A DNA stretch of 64,000 nucleotides from Chiloscyllium plagiosum (GCF_004010195.1 NC_057719.1:75718064-75782063); one strand, 5' to 3'; positions 1-13,523 are shown, counted from the stretch's first letter. The notes: a model not told the origin generated them from the letters alone. Numbers and translations are program-made.

Positions 1-888
1 TTGCTAGGTTGCAGATGACGCAAAGATAAGTGGAGGGGCGGGTAGTGTTGAGGAAATGGGGTGGCAGCAGATGGTCTTGAACAGACTAGGAGAGTGGGCA
101 AAGACATGGCAGATGGAATACATTGTGGGAAAGTTTGAGGTTATGCACTTTGGGTAAGAGGAATAGAGGTATTTTCCAAGTGGGGAAAGGCTTCAGTTTT
201 CTGAAGCACAAAGGGATTTTGGAATGCTACTTCAGGACTCTATTAAGTTTAACATGCAGCTTTTATTGGCAGTTAGGAAGGTAAATGCAATGTTAATATT
301 CATTTCAACAGAAATGTATTGCTGAGGCTGTATAAGGCTCTGGACAGATAGCATTTGGAATATTGTGAGCAGTTTTTGGCCTCTTATCTAAGGGTGTACA
401 GGCATTGGAGTAGGTCCAGGGAGGGTTTACGAGAACAATCCTGGGGGTGAAAGGCTTGTCGTATGAGGTGTGATTGAGTACTGCGGGTCTGTACTGGATG
501 GAGTTAAGAAGAATGAGGGAAAATCTGATTGAAACTTGCAGAATACTGAGAGGCCTATATAGAGTGGATGTGGAGAAGGTATTTCCACTAGTAAGAGAGA
601 CTAGGACCTGAGGGCACAGGGTCAGAGTGAAGGAGTGACCCTGCAAAACTGAGACAGGGAGGAATCTCTTCAGCCAGAGGGTGGTGAAGGCTGTGGAGTT
701 CATTGCTGTAGAAGACTATGGAGGACAACTCATTGAGTGCATTTAGGACAGAGAAAGATAGGTTATTGTTCATTAAGGATTAAGGGGAGAAGGCTGGATA
801 ATGGGATTGAGAAACATATCAGTTGTGATTGAATCGTGGAGCAGGCTCGATGGGCCAAATGGCCTAATTCTGTGCCTGTGTCTTATGG
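1..888 (+). mobile_element. Degenerate CR1-clade LINE, 3' part of ORF2 (RT) plus 3' UTR
   Basis: Starts with (F)ADDxKI-type RT motif (gcagatgacgcaaagataagtgga), then WQME, CR1 C-terminal motifs and 3' UTR 'gggccaaatggcct...tcttatgg'; many stops. Confidence 0.85.
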
Positions 889-1047
889 AAAGTAGTCACT
901 GGGTGAACTAAAGTCATCTCCCTTTGCTGAATTGTTTGGCAAAAATATATATACATTTAAACTTCAGATTGGTTGAAGCTTCCATGTTTTAAGTTATATG
1001 TTGCACAGGATCAGGAACCCTTATAAAGCAGGTTTGTATCCTTAGGA

Positions 1048-1257
1048 GCTGAAAATGTGTTGCTGGAAAAGCGCAGCAGGTCAGGCAGCATCCAGGGAAC
1101 AGGAGAATCGACGTTTCGGGCATAAGCCCTTCTTCAGGAAGGGCCTATGCCCGAAACGTCGATTCTCCTGTTCCCTGGATGCTGCCTGACCTGCTGCGCT
1201 TCTCCAGCAACACATTTTCAGCTCTGATCTCCAGCATCTGCAGTCCTCACTTTCTCC
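1048..1257. mobile_element. Short palindromic Penelope-derived element (family A) with 15-bp TSD
   Basis: About 85-bp near-perfect inverted arms around a short loop; TSD tttgtatccttagga at 1033-1047 and 1258-1272; sequence matches the 3' end of the PLE at 13700-13786. Confidence 0.85.
1107..1140 (-). ncRNA. Minimal hammerhead ribozyme motif (PLE type)
   Basis: Reverse complement reads ttc-CTGAAGA-A-GGGC-TTAT-GCCC-GAAA-CGTC-gat. Confidence 0.65.
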
Positions 1258-2026
1258 TTTGTATCCTTAGGACTCCAGTTTCATGCATAATGCTCTGAAG
1301 TACTGTCAACAGCAGCCAACAACATCTGGAAGTTTCTGAGTCAGAATCCCATTTTGTCAGTCGCTTTTGATAATATCGTCCTGACATTAATTTTTTTGTC
1401 GAAAATTCCCTTGTGAAACAAGCTCAAGGATCACTTTAGCTGCCTCCATTTCAGAATCCGATCTCTTTGGGGCTTAAATCTACTCTCAAAACCAAACAAT
1501 TGCAATTTTTTATCACATTTCGTGACACGCTGTGGCACAGTCATAAATTCTTCCCCGAATCTTTTCTGGGATTCTGCAAATAGTTGCCAGCAGCGTGACT
1601 GCAGGGAACAGAAATTGTTGGCAGTGCCTTACTCAGAAGTAGCAAACACAAATCTGAAATGATCACGTACAAATTGAGTTCCATTACTCGGTAGACTGTT
1701 GACATTGATAGCAACCACTAAAAGCATAGTGAGACTCATCCTTATCTTCTCTTTTTTTGGAAGGACATCATCATCTTGTTGTAACGTGCACATATCTCTG
1801 AATCTGCTGATTTTAGTTTCAAACATACATGGTTTCCAAGATTTGTACACATGGTCTCGCTGGCACTGCGATTCCATGAGGGTACTCCACCTTATGATTA
1901 GCACGTTTTTACTTTTTATGCCTTTTATGCTCTTTTACACCTGTGTCTTTAACCCTTCCAAAAGAAACAGCCCAAACACACCCAGCTGCTACATAATACA
2001 ATTTTGCATCTCTAAAAGAGTGACCT

Positions 2027-2331
2027 GGTGGCTCAGTGATTACCACTGCTGCCTCATGGGACCTGGCTTCGTTTCCACCCTCGGGTGACGGGCTGTGTGA
2101 ATGTTTGCACATTCTCCCCGTGTCTTCCTCCGGGTGCTCTGGTTTCCTCCCACAGTCCAAAGATGTGCAAGTTAGGTGGATTGGCCATGGGAAGTGCAGG
2201 GTTACAGGGATAGAATTGGGGAGGTGGGAGGGGAGGAGTGTATCTGGATGAGATGCTGTTCAGAGGGTCGGTGTGGACTCAATGGGCCGAATGACCTGCT
2301 TCCACACTGTAGCAATTCTGTCATTCTATGA
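2027..2331 (+). mobile_element. HE1-type tRNA-derived SINE (diverged)
   Basis: A-box gtggctcagtg, central tttgcacattctccccgtgtct...cccacagtccaaagatgtgc, CR1-like tail. Confidence 0.8.
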
Positions 2332-2636
2332 AAGTTTGAATGAAGACAGGCAGTGAACTTCCTGGAGAGCATGAGAGAGCTATCTTGACCATTCAGAGTG
2401 TCCTGAGGCTTCTGATGTCTTTGAAATGAGACACCCAAATTGTATGTCTTTTAGTGCTTTTGATTTGGAATTGTTTCAGTAAACTTTCTTTGTTTAACTT
2501 AATATTTCTCTGAGTAATTCTTTACAACCTCAACAGATAAATAGTGGAACACAGAATTATCAAAGCATATCCTGTCTCAATTCTTTTAAGAAATCTTATT
2601 GTAGAAAACAAGGAGCGGGGAAATAGAGAATAATTT

Positions 2637-3690
2637 CATTCTCACAAACTTGATTGAGTTTTTTTGAAGAAATAACAAAGAGGATTGATGAGGGCAGAGT
2701 GATAAACATGATCGAAATGGACTTCAGTAAGGTGTTTGACAAGGTTCCCCGTGGGACACTGATTAGCAAGGTTAGATCTTATGGAATACAAGGGAGACTA
2801 GCCATTTAGATCCAGAACTGGCTTGAAGGTAGAAGACAGAGGATGGTGGGTTGCTTTTTCAGACTGGAGGCCTGTGACCAGTGGAATCCCGCAAGGATCG
2901 GTGCTGGGTCCACAATTTTTCATTATTTGTATAAATGATTTGGATGTGAACATAGAAGGTATAGTTAGTAAGTTTGCTGATGACACCAAAATTGGAAGTG
3001 TAGTGAACAGGGAAGAAGGTTATCTCAGCGTACAACGGGATCTTGATCAGATGGGCCAATGGGCTGAGAGGTGGCAGATGGAATTTAATTTAGACAAATG
3101 TGAGGTGCTGCATTTTGGGAAAGCAAATCTTAGCAGGACATATACACTTAATAGTAAGGTCCTAAGGAGTGTTGCTGAGTTGGATTGCACCTTGAAAGTG
3201 GAGTCGCACGTAGATACAGTGAAGAAGGCGTTTGGTATGCATTCCTTTATTGGTCAGATTGTTGAGTATAGGGGTGAGAGGTCATGTTGCAGCTGTACAG
3301 GACATTGGTTAGGTCACTGTTGGAATATTGCATGCAATCCTGGTCTCCTTCCTATGGGAAAGATGTTGTGAAACTTAAAATGGTTGAGAAAAGATTTACA
3401 AGGATGTTGTCAGGATTGGAGGGTTTGAGCTATCGGGAGAGGCTGACTAGGCTGGGGTTGTTTTCCTTGGAGCATCGGGGGCTGAGGGGTGACCTTATAG
3501 AGGTTTATAAAATCATGGATAGGATAAACATTCAAGTCTTCCCTGGGATGGGGGAGTCCAGAAGGGCATAGGTTTAGGGTGAGAGGGGAAAGATGTAAAA
3601 GAGACCTAAGGGGCAACTTTTTCACACAGAGGGTGGTATGTGTATGGAATGAGCTGCCAGAGGAAGTAGTGGAGGCTGATACAATTGCAA
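2637..3690 (+). mobile_element. CR1/HER1-type LINE ORF2 RT fragment
   Basis: ORF 2823-3371 has SGIPQGSVLGP, KFADDTKIG and WQMEFN; highly similar to 53350-54440; ends at a (CA)n tract. Confidence 0.93.
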
Positions 3691-4779
3691 CACACACACA
3701 CACCCCCCCGCAATGGCAACTCCTGCAGAAAGAGCTTGTGATAACTCATTTGTCATGTGTATGAGCCGTGAATTTCCAGAGGTAAATTTGAACTTACTGG
3801 TGCCAAGCTCAAACTCATTAATACAGATTCATCACTGCTGCTGCCATTGTTTCACATATCATGAGTATTTTGGCTTGATAACTGGAGCAATGGTTTTATT
3901 TAAGTGTTCATTCGCCTGGTCCTGTCAATGTTATTAAAATAAATCCCACAGCAGGGAATTGCGCCATGTTATCTCCAGTAGATCTCAGAAGCCAATTAGT
4001 CTGGCATGGGTTGATCTATTTGTGAGCAGCAGGTTTGAAGTTAAGAACGCATTGTGAAATGCTGCCATAAATTGTCGACATCTATTCATGATATTTGCTG
4101 AAACGTCACCTGCTTAACCCCAAAAACTCCTGAAGCTTTCAAATCTGACACCTAGCTAAATAAGGTCACCATTGCTGATTGTGTTTTTGAAGTAACAGGA
4201 CTTTTTGTTTGTCGTTAATAATGAATAATTGTCGGTTGTCTCGACAGGGCAGTGCTTTTCTTGCATGTTACTCCACTACGTGGTTTGCAGTTGGCGAGGA
4301 AGATTAATGTTTAAAATGGCATAGCCATTCTCTGGTGCAGAATCCGATTTTGAGGATTTGTCTAAGCTTCAGTCGTGATCATGAAACTGAGAGAGGGGGA
4401 TTACAGGTTAGCTTGATAGTATATCACCCTGATCTCTGTAATTAATGACTTGCAACTATCTACACTTAACGTCCCATTTGTTGACAGTTGACAGCAGACA
4501 CAGTACCGTAGAGAACATTGAAATTCTCACACACAACAGTAGTGAAAGAAACATGTACATGCTTATTCATACTTATTTAGCAGTTGTTCTTTGTGAAAAC
4601 TGTGTCTTCTTCAGTATGTAAAAAAGAAACTCCTTAAAGGGAAAATGTGGGGACCCACATTTCATTTCATTCAGTTTTGCAGCCACATATAACCTTATGC
4701 TGGGGCAACTGTGTCCTGTGTCAGATTTAACAAATGAAATGTTACTAAATTCATAAAATGTAGTGAGAGACATGGACTG

Positions 4780-5095
4780 AAAGTGCTGCAGAAACTTAAC
4801 AGATCTGGCAGCATGTGTGGAGAGAGAGAAATACATAGGTTGGGGGTGATCCTTCCTCAGAAGTGAAAGCAGCCAGGAAAGGCTAGTATTTATCCTGATT
4901 TTTCTTTCTATTCACTCCTTTCTCAGCTCTGCCCACCTCCTGCGTGCTGCCATCAGCATAAATACTAACATTTCCCAGCTACTTTCAGTTCTGATAAAGG
5001 CCCACTGGTCTCCAAATGGTCTCCCTCTACAATTGCTGTCACTCCAGACTTGATTTTGTCTCAGATTTCCAGCATGCTCGGTACTTTATTTTATG
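4780..5095. mobile_element. Old palindromic Penelope-derived element
   Basis: Inverted arms (ccttcctcagaag...gtatttat / ataaatac...cagttctgataaagg) with degenerate PLE 3' end 'tcagatttccagcat'. Confidence 0.55.
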
Positions 5096-5445
5096 TTTGG
5101 GATAATATTGCCTTCCATATGCTAGACTGAATACATGATTACGGTTTTGGTGAACTACAAGTCTGTTCTTTACTGAATTCTCTGGGAGTTGCAGGAGCAG
5201 CTCTGACAATGAGTCCAATATCCCCAGCAGTGTTCAGAGCAGTGGCTGCCCTTAAATCAAACATGAGGAAGAAAAGGGTGAACATCTCAGTGTTGTCACT
5301 CAGAATGAGAAGAGATCCTGCTTTGGCTGCAGTGTAACAAAGATTCACTCAATTGATTCCTCGGATGCGAAAGTTGTCCTGTGTAGAAAGTATAAATAGA
5401 ATGAGCCTGTGTTCCTCTGGTTATTCCATTGATTTACATAATTTT

Positions 5446-5751
5446 GGGCGGCACGGTGGCACAGTGGTTAGCACTGCTGCCTCACAGCGCCAGAGACCCG
5501 GGTTCAATTCCGCCTCAGGCGACTGACTGTGTGGAGTTTGCACGTTCTCCCCGTGTCTGCGTGGGTTTCCTCCGGGTGCTCTGGTTTCTTCCCACAGTCC
5601 AAAGATGTGCAGGTTAGGTGAATTGGCCATGCTAAATTGCCCGTAGTGTTAGGTAAGGGGTAAATGTAGGGGTATGGGTGGGTTGCGCTTCGGCGGGTCG
5701 GTGTGGACTTGTTGCGCAGAAGGGCCTGTTTCCACACTGTAATGTAATCTA
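5446..5751 (+). mobile_element. HE1-type SINE, young full-length copy
   Basis: gggcggcacggtggcacagtggtt (A box), gggttcaattcc (B box), CpGs retained, tail ctgtaatgtaatctaa. Confidence 0.92.
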
Positions 5752-6003
5752 AAAAAAAATGCTTAGAAGGCTTCACTAGGCCTTCTAAGCCTTGTGAAGC
5801 CTTGGAGTGTCTGGAAATGGGGGCAAAATCTTCTGTGCATTATATATCCTGTAGTTCTGCACCTCCAGTCTACATATGTAATGTCCTATTTGCATCAACC
5901 TTATTCACCCTTTCCTTGCTTGTATCACATTTACTTTAAATCTTGTTTTGTGCACATGATGCACTTTGTGTTCTGGGAGTCTACAATGATAATGATACAG
6001 ATT

Positions 6004-6213
6004 TCCTTCCCTAATGGGACATTAGTGAACCAGATGGGTTTTCCAATAATTGGCAATGGTTTGGGGTCATCATTAAACAGTTAATTCCAGATTTTTTAAT
6101 TAAATTCAAATTTCACCATCTGTCATCGCAAGATTTGAACCAAGGACCCCAGAACATTAGCTGAGTTTCTGGACAATGCTCTCGTGATAATACCACTTGG
6201 CCATTGCCTCCCC
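6004..6213 (-). mobile_element. Second tRNA-derived SINE family, 5' part
   Basis: Reverse complement ggggaggcaatggccaagtggtattatc...ggttcaaatc; homologous to 7864-8205 and 20630-20940. Confidence 0.75.
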
Positions 6214-7339
6214 ATTGAATAATTTTGAGCTTTACCTGACAGTGTTTGTTAGTAACTAGTTAGTTTCCTTAGTTCCCAGATAGGATGGATATGTTCTGTG
6301 AAAGAATGAAATGTTTATGAACTGTGGAGGAACAAGCTTAATAAAACTGTAAAGTGAGTAACCTTTTCTTGCTCTCCCTTACATTCTGAAGATGCAGGTT
6401 GTCATATCTAGGATAACAGATTTCTCCTGAGGCAGATGCTGAATACCCATTCAAAGAACCTTTTGTCATTAATTGAATCTTCATCGGAACGAACATGAAT
6501 CTCGAAGCCGTTCCACTGAACTGCATTAGACTGGCAGAATCTCATTCCTTTTCTATCAACTTCAATTGTTGAGGAATGCTTAAAAAGAAAACAAATGTTG
6601 TTCTGTTTTGAAAAGTACCTTTCACAAATGTCCCAGGAGGCAATTTATCACCAAGAAATTGCAGCTTTGTTTTCCCCACTCTTCTAGAATGATGAGCCAG
6701 GTTTGATGATGTGCCATTTGTCCTACGCTTTTTTGCTTTTTATTCTACTCTTTTATTCTCACATTTTCTGTCGGGCATGTCTTCATTTAATCAGTTTCAT
6801 CCAGCCAAACCTGCCAAAATCTTCTATTTCTGATTCCTATGGTGGGGATCAAATGCATAATGGATTCATAAAGTAGATTGTAGCTGTTGCTCTGTAACCT
6901 TGCAGTTATATAATGGTAGAACATGCAACAATTTACTCAAATCCACTCCCCCGTGTACGCCTGGGATTTTCATCACAATTTTCACGCTGAGTCTATAAAT
7001 CTCTGGAAAACCTATGCACAAGAAGTTGCAGTTCTGGCAGGAAAGGCAGTGGGGGAGGGGACATTTCAGAGTGAGAGAGAGAGCTTGATGCCACCAGCAG
7101 AAATGCACAAAGCATTCATATTCCAATCAATGTCCCTCCTCTTGCTGATGTTTTCACTCACAACCTAATGTGAATAATACATTAGCCAGATGATTTCTAA
7201 GAAGTGACTCTTGGATCATCTCATTCCAACAACCTGATGGCCATGATTACCAAAGATACACTCATCACATGGTGCTGCTCCCTGTTAGAAATATTGTACT
7301 GTGCTGGCACCCAATGAATGGAATAAAATCAAACTATTC

Positions 7340-7757
7340 ATGGACAGCAGGAAGCCATTCAACTCAAATAACTACCAACCAGAATAGTTTAGAAATTCTA
7401 ATCCTGCTGTCCAATTCTTGGTCTGTATTACACTGAGTATTGTAGCACTTCTGACTCTGATCTAAATGTGATGTGTTTCAGACAGTGAGTTCCAGAAACC
7501 AACCACTCCCTGTGAGGGAAAATTTTTCCTGTGATTCACCTGTAGGCCTTCACTCAGTTAGACAACATTCATGGCCCTTGGTTATTGATTTCTCTGAGAA
7601 CGGGACGGGACCTCTCGCATCTACTCAATCCAGGTCTTTCATAATTTTACACATTTCAATGAAATGTTGCCTCAGCCTTTTGTTTCAAACAAGCCCATTT
7701 ATCTAATCTTTATCATGCCTAATCTTTTCCAGTCCAGGCAACATGCTTGTAAATTTG
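7340..7757 (-). mobile_element. Old CR1 3' fragment
   Basis: Reverse complement shows decayed FTRMLPGL...FFxQRVV-like CR1 C-terminal sequence. Confidence 0.55.
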
Positions 7758-7863
7758 GAAATGTTGGGGGAAATATATAATTAATTATGCAAAAAAAGTG
7801 CATAATATCTTACACCTTGAAACTGGAGCCCTTTGAAGATTATTATTTTAAGTATTATTATTA

Positions 7864-8205
7864 GGAGAGACAATGTCCTTAAGGTATTATAACTAACCTG
7901 TTAACCTAGAGACCCAGGTTATATCTGGAGATTGGGTTTGAATCTCACCACGGCAACATGCTGAAATTTGAATTCAATAAAATTCTAGAATTAAAAGTCT
8001 AATAATGACCATGAATTCATTGTTGGGGAAGAAGACATCTGGTTCATGAATGTCCTTTAAGGAAGGTAACTGCTATTTTTACCTGCTCTGGCCAACATAT
8101 GACTCCACACTCACAGCAATGTTGCTGCTGAACTCCCTCTGGGCAATTAGGAACAAGCAGTAATTGCTGGCCTTGCTAGTGATGTCCTCATCCCATGAAC
8201 GAATA
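7864..8205 (+). mobile_element. Second tRNA-derived SINE family, full length
   Basis: tRNA-like head (gggtttgaatctc), body catctggttcatgaatgtcctttaaggaagg, tail gggcaattagg...catcccatgaacgaat. Confidence 0.75.
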
Positions 8206-9103
8206 TATAAAAAAATTAGTGAATGCTTGTTACACATGATGTTAATTGCTTTATCCATTATTTTAATAGTGTTAACTCACATTTTATCAGGGTACTGCCA
8301 GTGTTAACTAGAAAATAAAATTCTGTTTAAATGTCTTCAGGATATATACTGCTTTACTCACAGAAACTAATTTCAAAACCCCATTTTAGTTCCCTGACTG
8401 TGGAGCCTGAGATATCTTTAGTGGGAAATTTATCTTTATACAGGATTGCCATTGTCAGAAGAAATATAAGTATAGGGTCAGTCAGGAAGGCAGGGTGAAT
8501 TTAATCACTGATCCGCAGCAACGCCAGGTAATAAGATGGAGTTGTAAGTGGAATCACAATAAATTTTAAATTAGAATAAAGTAGGGCTGATATTCTCCTT
8601 CAGCATGTAACAGCCTACAGCCAATGCTTAGGCTGATAACAGATCTTATCACAGATGTCAAACATAGTCACAAACATCTCATTTGACTGTCCACTGCCTT
8701 TATTTTCAGCCAAAAGGAAAAAAAAACTTCCAAAGCATTCTCCTGACCTGGGAACAGTGTCAAAAAAATAGATAACATGATTTGCCTTTGGTATTTTATG
8801 CATGTAGATAGAATCCATTTGGATATCTATCTCAAACTTACCAAGTATTAATACTTAGGTATTCCGTTGAATTGGCAGCAAATTCGAGGAAGATGGATTT
8901 GTGTTCTACATGGTCTAACCCAGTGGAGAATGGCTGAACTCCTGTCTAGTTAATGAGCCTGAGACTTGTCTCAGTCTCTGGACGGTTTACTTCCAGGTAC
9001 ATTAGTGCTGTTGTTTAGTTGATAGTACAACATTTTTTTTTTGCTGACATGGTTGGAATCTTGTAGCTTGTGGGAATATTGATGAGGGGTTTAATTGTTA
9101 TTC

Positions 9104-10100
9104 ATAGATTTACACTGTGCAGAAAAGGCCCTTCGGCCCATCGAGCCTGCACATCCTGGTGAATCTCCTAACTACAACATCCTGGTGAATCTCCTAACTA
9201 CAACATCCTGGTGAATCTCCTGTGTACTCCCTCCCGTGTTATCACATCCTTCCTGTAGTGAGGTGACTAAAACTGCACATCATACTCCAGTTGCGGCCTG
9301 ACCAACACTCTGTACAATTCCAACATTACCTCCTTGCTCTATACCATGACTGATGAAAACAAGTGTCTCACATACCTTCTTAACTATCCTGTTCACCTGC
9401 TCTGCCAACTTTAGGGATCTGTGAATAATTATCCCAAGATCCCTATGTTCACCCAAGCTACCCAGTGTCTTTCCATCCTTGAAAGACACCCTTATCTTGT
9501 TTCTTCTTCCAAAGTGCATAACCTTGCATTTTTCAGGGTCAATTATCATTTGTCACTGGTCTGTCCATCTGACCAACCCATCTATATCCTCCTGTAACCT
9601 ACAACCATCTTCTTCGCTATTAATCACTCTACTAATCTTAGTGTCGTCTGCAAATTTGTTTAACATTCCCCCGACATTTTCATCTATCGCATTTATGTGT
9701 ATAATAAACAATAAGGGTCCCAATACTAATCCTTCTAGTACACTGCAATATACCGGCCTCCAGTCACACAAACAACCATCTACCTCTACCCTTTGTCCTA
9801 TGAATAAGCCTGTTTTTGATCCATCTTGCCACATTTCCCTCAATTCCATGTGCTTCAGCCTTCTCAATCAATCTCCCATGTGGGACCTTGTCAAAAACTT
9901 TACTAAAATCCATGTCAGCTCCATCAACTGAACCTCACTCATCCACAAACTTGATCAAATTTTCAAAAAATTCTAACAAATTTGCTAGGCATGACCTCCC
10001 TCTGACAAAGCCATGCTGACCATCCTTAATCAGCCATGCCCTTCCAAGTGGCTATTAATTCGCTCCCTGAGAATTGTCTCCAATAGTTTCCCACCCACTG
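9104..10100 (-). mobile_element. CR1 LINE RT fragment with internal deletion near the 3' end
   Basis: ORF 9553-9867 has GLVLGPLLF and KFADDTKIS; ORF 9280-9549 has KCKVMHFGR and RDLG. Confidence 0.9.
9151..9221. repeat. 26-bp tandem repeat, about 2.7 copies
   Basis: acatcctggtgaatctcctaactaca twice plus a 19-bp partial copy, all identical. Confidence 0.9.
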
Positions 10101-10837
10101 ACAGTGATAGAATGGTCATTTTTTTAGCCAAAGCTGATGAACAACCAATAAACATTACTTAGCTTAGAAAAATCTTCAGTACAAACTTCTGATAGTAGTA
10201 TCAATTTAACAGAACATCAAGAACTTTCACATCTGGGTGAGGAATGCAGTCAGGATAACTCCTGCCTCCAAAACCAGGAAAGTGACCTGGAATCCTTTGA
10301 CCTTTGTTCAGAGAGGGGGCAATAATGTAGTTTCTGGGAGTTATGGTGGGTGTCCCTGGAGACAAGATGGAGGCGGTTAGTTAGATTGAAAATTTGACAA
10401 TTTTTTTTTAAAATGAGCAATGGCTCTCTCCACCCATGCCTCCAATCACGCTCATCAGGCCATCATCTACACTCATAGTCCTTCATACTGTCTGTGCCAA
10501 TCAATGCCAATCCATGGCTCCTCCTATTAATTATGTCAATCTGTGCCCTCACCATGACCCCTCACTACTTCCATGCAAACCTATCCCCTCTGCCCACCAT
10601 CCATGGACCTTTATGGCCCCATGCCATCCTATGCCTCTCTCATCAGCTCTTTTATAAACTCTAGTGCCAACTCATCCCAAACCATATGCCTACCCATCAC
10701 CCTTTGTCCTTACACCTACAATGCCACTTCATCCAATATCCATAATGGTTGGATTTCAGTGCTCATGCTAAGATGGGATAAAGTACATTTCTTAGGCATC
10801 TATTGAAGAATTCATGATTGAAAAAGACTGTTACAGA

Positions 10838-10980
10838 CCATAGAGTCACAGAGATGTAAAGCATGGAAACAGACCCTTTGGTCCAACTTGTCCATGTTGA
10901 CCAGATATCCTAAATTAATCTAGTCTCACTTGTCAGCACTTGGTCCAAATCCCTCGAAAACCTTCCTATTCATATACCCA
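10838..10980 (-). mobile_element. CR1 3' terminal fragment
   Basis: catagagtcacagagatg...cagaccctttggtccaac, reverse complement of the CR1 3' UTR and (ctatgact) tail. Confidence 0.8.
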
Positions 10981-12227
10981 TAATTGATAATAAAAAAATT
11001 CATTACATTTAACATCCTTTAATCCCTCATAAAATTAAGTGATGGAATTTGTAGTTCCATTTCAAGGAGTCTATAACCTCTTGGAGATGTCAGTCAAGCT
11101 GCAAAGTGAGATACACACCCCAGCGATGGTGGGAAGTAGTGGAGTCAGTCTTGCAGCACTAATCACAGATGGAGTGAAATAGAAATCAGTGCTTTTTCTA
11201 AAATTTCTCTGTGCAGTTTTAAGGAGTCTTGAATGCCTTACTAACTTGACAGTTCCCTTGAACATTCTGTAGACAGTTCCTTTTGACACAACAATTCCAA
11301 TGAGCAAATGCACTTTCTATACCAATTTGTATCTATTTTTAATAATCATAAAGAGGCAGCTCATCTCCTCTAAACGTGTCCCAGGACCATATCCAAAAGA
11401 GTGTCTGGTCTCTCCAAAAGACTGGACAGACTTTGCAAAGGCACTTGACAAAACATAGATCTGCTCTGACCAAGTCAAATCTGTGTTGTATTCACTACTG
11501 CGAGCTAATAAAAATCAGAGGTGACTGGAGGTATCTGCTGTTTTTATGACCAGCAGACTCTATAAGTGAAAGATTTGTAAAACATAACTCATCAGCTCCC
11601 CCCCCCCTTTCTAAGGTGGGGTTGTGTTTATGGACAAACATCTCAGATTTTGGCCTTAGTTCCATTTTCATAGTGATGGCAAGGTTCTTTTTCATTGTGC
11701 AAACTCAAGCCTAAATGTCGCTGTGCCTTCGTTTAATCTATATCAAGCTGAAATATAATTTCCCTTGAGTATTAAGTATGGGACTTGAGAAATCTCATTA
11801 TAATTGTATTATTGATAAAACTCATAAACTGTGACCAGGATTGAATGTGTAGTGAGAGGTACTGGCCGGGAATTTCATTTCTCTTTCCTTACTGAAGTTG
11901 CTTACTCTCAAATGTGTTCCTAATCTATCACTTATCCTTCCCATTCTTCAAAACTAAACCTTCATTTTCATTTTCATTTAATTTTCTTTGAATGCACACA
12001 TTGAAGGTAGCTGCACAGATCAATTGCATTCGTTGCAATATATCCACATTCATAAATATTTTAACTTTAAGTATTATTGAGACAAGAAACAATTCATTGG
12101 ACAATGGCACCCATGTATCACAGATTTTACTGGCCATTAATTACTTGCTGGGTTTACCCTGATCACATTGTTTTGAAATAAAGAGTTTAGTTTTCATCCC
12201 CCTCTTTTTCCACATGCCCGAGGGCAG

Positions 12228-12428
12228 ATATAGAACATAGAACATAGAAAAATACAGCGCAGTACAGGCCCTTTGGCCCTCGATGTTGCACTGATCCAAA
12301 CCCACCTAACCTACACTAGCCCACTATCCTCCATATGCCTATCCACTGCCCGTTTAAATGCCCATAAAGAGGGAGAGTCCACCACTGCTACTGGCAGGGC
12401 ATTCCATGAACTCACGACTCGTTGAGTA
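12228..12428 (-). mobile_element. CR1 3' terminal fragment, (ctatgtt)n-tail subfamily
   Basis: atagaacatagaacatagaaaaatacagcgcagtacaggccc... Confidence 0.8.
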
Positions 12429-12712
12429 ATATAAATCCACCTTTGACTCCAAGTTGAGAAGACTATCTCCTGGCATGGAAATTCTTACAGGGAAAGTCCC
12501 TGTACACCTCCATCCCCCATCACGAAGGACTCAAAGCCCTCCGCTTCTTTCTTTCCCGCCGTACCGACCAGTACCCTTCCACTGACACCCTCCTTCGACT
12601 GACTGAACTGGTCCTCACCCTGAACAACTTCTCTTTCCAATCCTCCCACTTCCTCCAAACGAAAGGAATAGCCATGGGCACCCACATGAGCCCCAGCTAT
12701 GCCTGCCTCTTC

Positions 12713-13523
12713 NNNNNNNNNNNNNNNNNNNNNNNNNNNNNNNNNNNNNNNNNNNNNNNNNNNNNNNNNNNNNNNNNNNNNNNNNNNNNNNNNNNNNNNN
12801 NNNNNNNNNNNNNNNNNNNNNNNNNNNNNNNNNNNNNNNNNNNNNNNNNNNNNNNNNNNNNNNNNNNNNNNNNNNNNNNNNNNNNNNNNNNNNNNNNNNN
12901 NNNNNNNNNNNNNNNNNNNNNNNNNNNNNNNNNNNNNNNNNNNNNNNNNNNNNNNNNNNNNNNNNNNNNNNNNNNNNNNNNNNNNNNNNNNNNNNNNNNN
13001 NNNNNNNNNNNNNNNNNNNNNNNNNNNNNNNNNNNNNNNNNNNNNNNNNNNNNNNNNNNNNNNNNNNNNNNNNNNNNNNNNNNNNNNNNNNNNNNNNNNN
13101 NNNNNNNNNNNNNNNNNNNNNNNNNNNNNNNNNNNNNNNNNNNNNNNNNNNNNNNNNNNNNNNNNNNNNNNNNNNNNNNNNNNNNNNNNNNNNNNNNNNN
13201 NNNNNNNNNNNNNNNNNNNNNNNNNNNNNNNNNNNNNNNNNNNNNNNNNNNNNNNNNNNNNNNNNNNNNNNNNNNNNNNNNNNNNNNNNNNNNNNNNNNN
13301 NNNNNNNNNNNNNNNNNNNNNNNNNNNNNNNNNNNNNNNNNNNNNNNNNNNNNNNNNNNNNNNNNNNNNNNNNNNNNNNNNNNNNNNNNNNNNNNNNNNN
13401 NNNNNNNNNNNNNNNNNNNNNNNNNNNNNNNNNNNNNNNNNNNNNNNNNNNNNNNNNNNNNNNNNNNNNNNNNNNNNNNNNNNNNNNNNNNNNNNNNNNN
13501 NNNNNNNNNNNNNNNNNNNNNNN
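12713..13523. other. Assembly gap (811 N)
   Basis: Run of N. Confidence 1.

Noticed and set aside
1048..1224. Pre-miRNA or terminator hairpin
   Set aside because: The arms are PLE terminal-repeat sequence flanked by a TSD, which explains the hairpin
5446..5520. tRNA gene (A and B boxes)
   Set aside because: It is the head of a multicopy SINE, continuous with the SINE body; the same holds for the other copies
10430..10750. Pro/His-rich ORFs
   Set aside because: Low-complexity ccatgcc-rich DNA, likely a repeat interior; no coding signature
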